In this document: piece by piece, positions 10,096 through 17,031 of the stretch
Layout: the number at the start of each line of letters is the position of its first letter
Position numbering within the stretch: the stretch's first letter is position 1
Assembly: GCA_044868775.1 (NCBI GenBank)
Contig: JBIOWR010000006.1
Span: 1 to 28,482, forward strand
Length of the DNA: 28,482 bases
Direction of reading: 5' to 3'
DNA from: Actinomycetota bacterium
Lineage (GTDB): Bacteria > Actinomycetota > AC-67
The notes under the pieces: model-generated
Database searches by the model: none
Told to the model about the DNA's origin: nothing
What the model saw: only the letters and a program-made list of their open reading frames with translations
Position numbers and translations under genes: made by a program

Positions 10096-11765
10096 GTCGT
10101 GCGTCCCATGCCGGAGAGGAAATCCAAAAGATCCGAGCGCGTCACGATGCCGACGGGATGTCCGGCGTCCACGACGAGCACGGCGGGTCCGCGCTCGAGC
10201 GCCTCTACCGCTGCGTCCACCGGCTCGCCGGAGCCGACCGTCGGCAGCGGCGGCCCCATCGCCTCCGCTACGGGCCTCTCCAAGAGCGACGTGTCGTGGA
10301 ACACCTTGTCCATCAGCTCGCGCTCCTCGACCGCTCCCATCACTTCCGCGATTGCGAGCGGCAGCTCCGCCTTGACCACCGGCAACTGCGACACGCCGAA
10401 CTCGCGCATGGTTGCGATCGCGGCGCGCACCGGCTCGTCCGGGTGCACGTGCACGAGGACCGGCATCTCCTTGGCCTTGCGGCCGAGCACGTCGCCCACG
10501 GTCTGTCCTCCCGCGTGCAGGAAACCGAAGTCGGCGAGCCAGTCGTCGTTGAACACCTTCGACAAGTACCCGCGTCCGTGGTCCGGGATCAGCACGACGA
10601 CGACGTCGTCCGGTCCGAGGTCGCGCCCGAGCACGAGCGCCGCGTGAACGGCGAGCCCGGACGATCCGCCGATCAAGATGCCCTCCTCGCGCGCGACGCG
10701 CCGCGCGGTGAGGAACGAATCGCGATCGGACACCGCGATGATGCGGTCGACGATCGACGGGTCGAACGTCTCCGGCCAGAAGTCCTCGCCGACGCCCTCG
10801 ACGAGATACGGCCGTCCGCCGCCGCCGGAGTACACCGAGCCCTCGGGGTCGGCGCCGACGATCTGCACTGCCGGGTTCTGCGACTTCAAGTAGCGGCCGG
10901 TGCCGCAGATCGTGCCGCCGGTGCCGATGCCGGCGACGAAGTGGGTGATGCGCCCGTTGGTCTGGCCCCAGATCTCCGGTCCGGTAGAAAGCTCGTGCGC
11001 GCGCGGGTTCTCTTGGTTCGCATACTGGTTGGGACGGAACGCGCCGGGGATCTCGTCCGCGAGCCGTTGCGCGACCGAGTAGTAAGAGTCCGGGTGCTCG
11101 GGCGGCACCGCGGTCGGGCACACGACGACCTTGGCGCCGTAGGCGCGCAGCAACGAGATCTTCTCCTGGCTCATCTTGTCGGGCATCGTGAAGATGCAGC
11201 GATACCCGCGTCGCGCGGCGACGATCGCGAGACCGACGCCGGTGTTACCGCTCGTGGGCTCCACGATCGTGCCGCCCGGCTTCAGCAATCCTGCTCGCTC
11301 GGCTGCCTCCACCATGCCGAGCGCGATGCGGTCTTTCACGCTGCCGCCGGGGTTGAGGAAGTCGAGCTTCGCGAGCAGCGTGGACTCGAGGTCGCGGCCG
11401 GTGCGATCGAGGCGCACCAGCGGCGTGTTGCCGACGAGGTCGATGAGCGAGTCGACGACGTGCATCGGCGGGCCTTCGTCCTTCACCGGGCGCACGCGAA
11501 TGCCAGCGCGATCGAGCGGCGCGGTGTCGCGCGGTGCCTCTTCGGTCCGAAGTGACACCGGGAAGCCGTGCTTCGCCAGCTCCAGCGCGACGGCGACGGC
11601 GTCCTTCTCGTCGCCGGTGACCGCGACCTCGCGCGGGATGCGCGAACGCAGGTCGGCGAGGAGGTCGGTGTGCACCATCCCGGGCTCCACGCGCGTCACG
11701 TGCAGCGCGCGCGCCACGAGCCGCTGCGACGGCTCGGCGTTGCCGACGACGACCAGGACGTCCAC
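10092..11765 (-). CDS. cbs: Cystathionine beta-synthase with C-terminal CBS pair and an extra ~100-aa N-terminal domain
   Basis: Core begins at M(11465)HVVDSLIDLVGNTPLV and has NPGGSVKDR, EPTSGNTG, GIGTGGT and a C-terminal Bateman module. The frame stays open with coding-like GC3 up to GTG 11765, which lies 7 nt after a TATGCT -10 box. The core alone would be 10092-11465. Confidence 0.9.
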   Translation of the reverse strand: MDVLVVVGNAEPSQRLVARALHVTRVEPGMVHTDLLADLRSRIPREVAVTGDEKDAVAVALELAKHGFPVSLRTEEAPRDTAPLDRAGIRVRPVKDEGPPMHVVDSLIDLVGNTPLVRLDRTGRDLESTLLAKLDFLNPGGSVKDRIALGMVEAAERAGLLKPGGTIVEPTSGNTGVGLAIVAARRGYRCIFTMPDKMSQEKISLLRAYGAKVVVCPTAVPPEHPDSYYSVAQRLADEIPGAFRPNQYANQENPRAHELSTGPEIWGQTNGRITHFVAGIGTGGTICGTGRYLKSQNPAVQIVGADPEGSVYSGGGGRPYLVEGVGEDFWPETFDPSIVDRIIAVSDRDSFLTARRVAREEGILIGGSSGLAVHAALVLGRDLGPDDVVVVLIPDHGRGYLSKVFNDDWLADFGFLHAGGQTVGDVLGRKAKEMPVLVHVHPDEPVRAAIATMREFGVSQLPVVKAELPLAIAEVMGAVEERELMDKVFHDTSLLERPVAEAMGPPLPTVGSGEPVDAAVEALERGPAVLVVDAGHPVGIVTRSDLLDFLSGMGRTT

Positions 11766-11772
11766 GGCCGCC

Positions 11773-11778
11773 AGCATA
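11773..11778 (-). promoter_or_regulatory. -10 element (TATGCT) for a leaderless cbs-metB transcript
   Basis: Minus strand reads GC-TATGCT-GGCGGCC-GTG: TANNNT, 7 nt, then the start codon. No Shine-Dalgarno is present. Confidence 0.6.
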
Positions 11779-12099
11779 GCGCCGGGTCGTGGGCGACCGG
11801 CCGCGCCGCTCGCCGGGTCCCGCCGGCCCGCTCGTTGGCGCCGGCTTTGTGTGTCTGGACAATGAAGCGAGATATCCGCTACCGGTTGTTGCCGAATGTC
11901 TCATTCGCGCGCGATCCGTTTGACAGGACTGTGCGCACATTCCGGCGAAGCCTTCCGCTGCAACGTACCTCCACTGTGCTACCAGGGGCACAAGGTGGAT
12001 TCCAATGTTGTTGGGCGGAGATTCGCGGGCAACGCCGGTGACGACCCCGGCGATCGGTGCACGCCTCGACGGCCACACGCGCAACGGGGGGCTTCGCAG

Positions 12100-12453
12100 A
12101 TGAAACCGCGCCGCCGGGGTTGGCACGAAGAGGAGCAAGCAGCCGTGGCATTGCCCGACTTGCTGCTCGGCCATTTGCGGTCGGCGCTGTCGATCTCACG
12201 CGACGTCATCGGCGTGTCGCCCGCGTGCGCTCTCGTCGCCGTCAACGTCAAGGACTTCAAGGAGATCGAAGACGTCGGGCGCCTCGAGACGCACCTGAGC
12301 CGGTTCCTCACCTGGTCGGCCGTACTGCACGGGGCGGCAGCGGTCGACGAGGTGCGCGTCCGGATCGTGGCTCGCCGTGGCGTGCGCAGGCGTCTCCCCG
12401 AGATCGAGATCTTGTTCCAGGAGGACCTGAAGGTCGCGCGCCAAGAGCGGTAG
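12100..12453 (+). CDS. Hypothetical 117-aa protein resembling a stand-alone DUF3662 (FhaA N-terminal) domain
   Basis: G-rich RBS 8 nt upstream and coding-like codons. The pattern L..SRD..V.P....V.V...DF..I....L...L...L...A...G...V..V.VR matches my recollection of the FhaA N-terminal domain. No FHA domain follows. Confidence 0.55.
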   Translation: MKPRRRGWHEEEQAAVALPDLLLGHLRSALSISRDVIGVSPACALVAVNVKDFKEIEDVGRLETHLSRFLTWSAVLHGAAAVDEVRVRIVARRGVRRRLPEIEILFQEDLKVARQER

Positions 12454-12505
12454 CCGCACGCGCGGCGCGGCGGGGTTCCGCCAGGGGCGCGCCGCGCGGT
12501 TGCGG
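12454..12505. terminator. GC-rich inverted repeat between convergent genes (possible bidirectional terminator)
   Basis: CCGCA..CGCGGCGCG.GCGG-GGTT-CCGC..CGCGCCGCG..TGCGG forms a long imperfect hairpin. There is no U-tail. Confidence 0.4.
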
Positions 12506-12515
12506 CGCAGCGTGG

Positions 12516-12683
12516 TCAGGTGCGGCGCCCGGACATCCGCCGCATCAGCCGCGTCATCGCGCCGACGTGCGGGCATTTCGCGCTCTCGTCGCAGCAGCGG
12601 CAGACGTAGTCCGCGTAGCGGCCCGGCTGGATCTTGGGGTCGCCGCACTTGTCGCAGTATTGCGTCTCCATCTCGCGTGGCAT
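12516..12683 (-). CDS. Small Cys-rich putative metal-binding protein (55 aa; 51 aa if it starts at ATG 12671), absent from the ORF track
   Basis: MPREMETQYCDKCGDPKIQPGRYADYVCRCCDESAKCPHVGAMTRLMRRMSGRRT*. Almost all codons end in G/C. It fills an otherwise empty gap. TACCAT (TANNNT) overlaps the first ATG. Confidence 0.7.
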   Translation of the reverse strand: MPREMETQYCDKCGDPKIQPGRYADYVCRCCDESAKCPHVGAMTRLMRRMSGRRT

Positions 12684-12794
12684 GGTACCCGCGCGGCCTG
12701 AGTAGTCGCTGAGGGTTTGACCTCCGGCCGCCCGCCCGCCGAGGGTGCGAGGTGCGCGCGTTCCTCCGCGAGCCGGGCGGGCACGTGTTCGAGA

Positions 12795-13373
12795 TCAGTC
12801 AGGCATGAGGGCGCGGAGGTCGTCGGGCGTGTCGACGTCGTGCAACGCGCGCGTGTCGTGCGCGACCGCCTGCCATTCGCCTTGAGGGATGCGGCGCACG
12901 GCGATGCCCTTCAGCAGATCGCGCATGGCGCGGGCGCCGGACCCGGCGATGCGCACGGCTTCGTCCAGCGCGCGCGGCGCGTACCACGCGCACAGCGATT
13001 GATCCAGGCCGTCGCGCACCGGCACAACGGCGTCGGCGCCGGGATACGCGGCTTCTCCGAGGAGGAATCGCAACAGCGCGGCGTTGATGAACGGCAAGTC
13101 GCACGCGAGCACCAGCACGGGCCCGTCGCCGGCGGTGCGCTCGCGCAATGCGGCGCGTGCGGTCGCGATGGCCACGAGTGGCCCTTCGCGCGGATCGTCG
13201 ATCGCCTCCAGGCCGGTGCCGGATTCGTCGCCGACGACGAGCACGGGGCCGGCCACCTCGCGCAGCGCGCGCGCAACGCGCGCCGCCATCGTCTCGCCGC
13301 CGACGTCGATCGTTGCCTTGTCGCGGCCCATGCGCGTGGAGGTTCCGCCGGTCAGCAGTAGGCCCGCCGTCAC
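12795..13373 (-). CDS. mobA: Molybdenum cofactor guanylyltransferase
   Basis: LLTGG.STRMGRDKA, D.....GPL..I, VLACDLPF and DVDTPDDL motifs. GTG 13373 lies 7 nt after TAGCAT. Confidence 0.93.
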   Translation of the reverse strand: MTAGLLLTGGTSTRMGRDKATIDVGGETMAARVARALREVAGPVLVVGDESGTGLEAIDDPREGPLVAIATARAALRERTAGDGPVLVLACDLPFINAALLRFLLGEAAYPGADAVVPVRDGLDQSLCAWYAPRALDEAVRIAGSGARAMRDLLKGIAVRRIPQGEWQAVAHDTRALHDVDTPDDLRALMPD

Positions 13374-13391
13374 GGTGGCTATGCTACGGGC
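13374..13391. promoter_or_regulatory. 18-bp bidirectional promoter with overlapping -10 boxes for two divergent leaderless genes
   Basis: Plus strand: TATGCT (13380-13385), 6 nt, ATG 13392. Minus strand: TAGCAT (13386-13381), 7 nt, GTG 13373. There is no room for an RBS on either side. Confidence 0.7.
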
Positions 13392-13631
13392 ATGCCCGAG
13401 GATGATGCGCTCCCGACCGATCCCGCCGGCGTGTGGGACCTGATCGTTCGCGCCGACGAATTCGTGAAGTACGCGAGCAACCGCGATCCCGCAACCGCAT
13501 ATGCGCAGGCGCGCGCGACGCTGGACCGCGCGCGTAACGCTGCGGCCGGTCTCGAGGACCGTTCCATCGGATCGAATTTCGAGCAGCAGATCCAAACGCG
13601 CCTCGACGACATCGCGAAACGGGAGGGCTGA
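13392..13631 (+). CDS. Hypothetical 79-aa helical protein, first gene of the Moco operon
   Basis: Leaderless ATG, coding-like codons, TGATG coupling to the next gene. Confidence 0.75.
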   Translation: MPEDDALPTDPAGVWDLIVRADEFVKYASNRDPATAYAQARATLDRARNAAAGLEDRSIGSNFEQQIQTRLDDIAKREG

Positions 13632-14224
13632 TGTTCCACCGAGAGAAGGGTCCGGCCGAGCGCATTCCTCCGGGGCAGCACCTCACCCGTGGGTGGCCGG
13701 TGCTGCACGACGGGCCGATCCCCAGCTTCGACCCGGCCACGTGGCGCTTTCGCATGTGGGGCGAGGTCGGCAACGAGGTGTCCCTTACCTGGGAAGAGTT
13801 CACGTCGTTGCCGCGCGCCACGCAGACCAACGACATCCATTGCGTGACGAGCTGGTCGAAGCTCGACAACACCTGGGAAGGCGTTCCGTTCACCACCGTC
13901 GAGAAGCTCGCGAACCCATTGCCGCGCGCGACGCACGCGCTCGTGCACGCGCCGCACGGCTACACCGCGAACCTGCCGCTCGACGCGTTGCGCGACGACG
14001 ACGTGCTGTTCGCGTTCACGCACAACGGCGAGCCGCTCGAGCCCAAGCACGGCGGTCCGATGCGTCTGGTGGTGCCGAAGCGATACTTCTGGAAGAGCGT
14101 CAAGTGGGCGAACGGCATCGAGTTCCTCCCGCACGACGAGCGCGGTTTCTGGGAGGTGCGCGGCTACCACAACGACGCGTTCCCGTTCGAAGAGCAACGG
14201 TACTCGTGGCAGGAGCGCCGATGA
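13631..14224 (+). CDS. Sulfite oxidase-like molybdopterin oxidoreductase (YuiH/MsrP-like, cytoplasmic)
   Basis: PPGQ, DIHCVT.WS (Mo-ligand Cys), W.GV, HGGPMRLVVP.RYFWKSVKW, GFWE.RGYH. No Tat signal. Confidence 0.92.
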   Translation: MFHREKGPAERIPPGQHLTRGWPVLHDGPIPSFDPATWRFRMWGEVGNEVSLTWEEFTSLPRATQTNDIHCVTSWSKLDNTWEGVPFTTVEKLANPLPRATHALVHAPHGYTANLPLDALRDDDVLFAFTHNGEPLEPKHGGPMRLVVPKRYFWKSVKWANGIEFLPHDERGFWEVRGYHNDAFPFEEQRYSWQERR

Positions 14225-15444
14225 CGAAGCGCATCGTTACCGCCGACGAGCTCGCGGTTCCAACCGTTCCGTACGAGCAAGCGCGACGCGAGGTGCTGGC
14301 GTCGTTTGCCCCGTTGCCCGCACGGCGCGTTGCACTGGGCGACGCGCTCGGGCTCGTGATCCAGGAGTCCGTCGTCGCGCACGAGGACGTGCCGCCGTTC
14401 GCGTCGTCGGCGATGGACGGCTACGCGATTCGCTCGTCCGACACGGCAGGCGCGTCCGCGAGCTCACCGGTGACGTTGCGTTTGATCGAAGACCTGCCGG
14501 CCGGCACCGCGCCGACGCTCGTGGTCGAGCCGGGCACCGCTGCGAAGATCATGACGGGGGCGCCGATCCCCGACGGTGCGGACGCCGTTGTTCCGTGGGA
14601 GGACACCACCGCGGGCGAAGGTATCGTCCACGTGCTCACGGCGATCCCTGCGGACAAGCACGTGCGGCCGCGCGGCGAGGACGTTGCGGCCGGCACCGAG
14701 ATCGTCCCGCACGGGACGTTGCTGGGCCCGGTGCACCTCGGCGTGCTGGCGTCGCTCGGACGCACCGACGTGCTCGCGACGCCGCGCCCGCGCGTCGCGG
14801 TGCTCTCCACCGGAGACGAGCTGGTGTCACCCGGGACGCCGTTGAAGCCGGGCCAGATCTACGAGTCCAACGCCGTGCTGCTGTCGTCGTTGTTGCGCAA
14901 CGGCGGCGCATCCGTCGGCGACGTCACGATGATCGGCGACGATCCCGAAGAGATCGCCGCGTGGCTGAAGCGCGCCGCGAGCGAGCACGAGCTTGTCGTC
15001 ACGACCGGCGGTGCGTCGGTGGGCGAGCACGACTGGCTGCGCGACGTGCTCACGCGCGAAGGCGAGCTGAAGATGTGGCGCGTTGCGATCAAGCCGGGGA
15101 AGCCGGTTGCGTTCGGCTCGGTCGGCGGCACGCCGGTGGTGGCGCTCCCGGGGAATCCGGGCTCGGCGTTCGTGGGGATGCACGTGTTCGTTATGGCCGC
15201 GGTTCGGTTGATGGCCGCGCGCGATCCAGAGCCGCGTCACTTCACCGCGCGACTCGCGCGAGCGGTGAAAGGATCGCCGAGCCGCACGTTGTTCTGCCGC
15301 GTCCGCGTCGAGGGCGACACCGTCGTGCCGCTCCCCGCGCAATCGAGCGTTGTGCTGTCGAACTTGATCCCCACCGAGGCGTTCGCGATCGTTCCTCCGG
15401 GAGGACTCCCGGAGGACGCCGAGGTACGCGTGGAGCCGTTGTGA
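14221..15444 (+). CDS. moeA: Molybdopterin molybdotransferase (gephyrin-like Glp)
   Basis: PPFASSAMDGYA, IMTGAPIP.GADAVV, STGDEL, IYESN, TTGGAS.G..D, KPGKP and LPGNP motifs. ATGA overlap with the upstream gene. Confidence 0.96.
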   Translation: MTKRIVTADELAVPTVPYEQARREVLASFAPLPARRVALGDALGLVIQESVVAHEDVPPFASSAMDGYAIRSSDTAGASASSPVTLRLIEDLPAGTAPTLVVEPGTAAKIMTGAPIPDGADAVVPWEDTTAGEGIVHVLTAIPADKHVRPRGEDVAAGTEIVPHGTLLGPVHLGVLASLGRTDVLATPRPRVAVLSTGDELVSPGTPLKPGQIYESNAVLLSSLLRNGGASVGDVTMIGDDPEEIAAWLKRAASEHELVVTTGGASVGEHDWLRDVLTREGELKMWRVAIKPGKPVAFGSVGGTPVVALPGNPGSAFVGMHVFVMAAVRLMAARDPEPRHFTARLARAVKGSPSRTLFCRVRVEGDTVVPLPAQSSVVLSNLIPTEAFAIVPPGGLPEDAEVRVEPL

Positions 15445-16130
15445 GCACGCTGCTGTTCTTCGCTCGCATCAAGGACGCCGCCGGCGTCGCGCAAGCCACC
15501 GTCGAGGCGTCGACCGCAGGCGAAGCGTTGAAGATGGCGAGCGAGCGCTTCGGCGACGAGTTCGCGCGCGTGCTCGCGATCTGCTCCGTCGTCGTGGACG
15601 GCGACCCCGTCCCGCAGGATCGTCTCCGGGAGCGCTCCGTTTCCGCTTCGTCGGAGATCGCGGTGCTGCCGCCGGTCTCGGGAGGAAGCGACGGCGCGCG
15701 CATGGTGGACGTGGGCGACAAGGCCGAGACCATGCGGGAGGCAACCGCTGCGTGCACCCTCGTTGCTACCGCCGAGACGCGCGACGCGTTGCTCGCCGGG
15801 AGCGTGCCGAAAGGCGACGCGCCCGGCACCGCGCGCATCGCCGGCATCCTCGCCGCGAAGCGCGTGCCCGAGCTGATCCCGCTGTGTCACCCCTTGCGCA
15901 TCACGTCGATCGACGTCGCCATCGACAAGGCCGACGACGGCGTGGAGGTGCGCGCGACCGTGCGCGGCCGCGACCGTACCGGGTTCGAGATCGAAGCGAT
16001 GACCGCGTGCGCGATCGCCGCGCTCACGCTGTACGACATGGCGAAGAGCGAGGACCCGCGCATGCGCGTCGAGAACTTGCGCCTCGTCGCGAAGTCCGGC
16101 GGAAAGTCGGGGAGCGTGACGTACGAATGA
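15441..16130 (+). CDS. moaD-moaC: Fusion of a MoaD/ThiS sulfur carrier (residues 1-82) and cyclic pyranopterin monophosphate synthase MoaC
   Basis: N-part LLFFARIKDAAG...EIAVLPPVSGG has the MoaD signature. It continues without a stop into GARMVDV..K..T.R.A.A, KGD, IPLCHP, TG.E.EA, YDM.K and KSGGKSG (MoaC). GTGA and ATGA overlaps on the two sides. Confidence 0.92.
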   Translation: MSTLLFFARIKDAAGVAQATVEASTAGEALKMASERFGDEFARVLAICSVVVDGDPVPQDRLRERSVSASSEIAVLPPVSGGSDGARMVDVGDKAETMREATAACTLVATAETRDALLAGSVPKGDAPGTARIAGILAAKRVPELIPLCHPLRITSIDVAIDKADDGVEVRATVRGRDRTGFEIEAMTACAIAALTLYDMAKSEDPRMRVENLRLVAKSGGKSGSVTYE

Positions 16131-16603
16131 AGATCGCGGTGCTCACGATCTCCGACCGCGCCTCGCGCGGCGAATACACCGACGAGGGAGGCCCGCTCGT
16201 CGCGGAGCTGGCGGGAAAGATCGGCGACATCGTAGAGACCGCGGTCGTGCCCGACGAGCTTCCGGCGATCGAGCAGGCGCTGCGCGTGTGGGCAGACGTC
16301 GGCACGATCGATCTCATCGTCACCACCGGCGGCACCGGCCTCGGCCCGCGCGACGTGACGCCCGAAGCCACGCGCGCGGTGATCGACCGCGAAGCGCCCG
16401 GGCTTGCGGAAGCCATGCGCATCGCCGGATTGCAGAAGACGCCGTTCGCGGCGCTGTCCCGTCAGGTCGCCGGCTCGCGGGGGACGACGCTGATCGTCAA
16501 CCTCCCCGGTTCGCCGAAAGCGTTGCGCGAAGGGCTGGAAGCGATCCTCGACGTGCTGCCGCACGCCGTCGAGATGCTGCACGGAGGATCGCCGGTCTCA
16601 TGA
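16127..16603 (+). CDS. mog: Molybdopterin adenylyltransferase (MogA/MoaB family)
   Basis: LTISDR.SRG...D..G, VVPDE, TTGGTG..PRDVTPEAT, SR...G and NLPGSPKA motifs. Confidence 0.93.
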   Translation: MKIAVLTISDRASRGEYTDEGGPLVAELAGKIGDIVETAVVPDELPAIEQALRVWADVGTIDLIVTTGGTGLGPRDVTPEATRAVIDREAPGLAEAMRIAGLQKTPFAALSRQVAGSRGTTLIVNLPGSPKALREGLEAILDVLPHAVEMLHGGSPVS

Positions 16604-17031
16604 CCGATCCGATCATCGTCACCGGTCTCGAGCGCGAGCCGCTCGACGTGCGCGCGCTCGTGGAGCACATCCGCCGCGACGACTGCGGCGGGCTCGTAGT
16701 GTTCGAAGGAACGACGCGCACGCCCGACGAGGGCAAGGACGTCGAGCACCTGGAGTACGAAGCGTGGGAAGACAAAGCGCCGGCGCAGCTCGAGACGATC
16801 GCGCGCGAGATCGCCGCGCGCTACGCGCTCGGCGGCGCCGTCGCGGTGCATCGCATCGGACGCGTTCTGCCGGGTGAACCTTCGGTGGTGGTCGCCGCAA
16901 GTGCACCTCATCGCGAGGAAGCGTTCGCCGCCGCCCGCGCGCTCATCGATCGCGTGAAAGCCGAAGCGTACGTGTGGAAGAAGGAGATCACGTCCTCGGG
17001 CGAAGAGGCCTGGGTCGAGCCCGCGCGCTAG
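16600..17031 (+). CDS. moaE: Molybdopterin synthase catalytic subunit
   Basis: G.LV.F.GT.R, L.YEA, VHR.G.V.PGE.SV.VA.SAPHR..AF.A....ID.VK....VWKKE. Confidence 0.95.
   Translation: MTDPIIVTGLEREPLDVRALVEHIRRDDCGGLVVFEGTTRTPDEGKDVEHLEYEAWEDKAPAQLETIAREIAARYALGGAVAVHRIGRVLPGEPSVVVAASAPHREEAFAAARALIDRVKAEAYVWKKEITSSGEEAWVEPAR

Noticed and set aside
13374-13595. N-terminal extension of mobA in the ORF track (start 13595)
   Set aside because: It overlaps the oppositely oriented 79-aa gene. The family N-terminus and the -10 spacing both point to GTG 13373.
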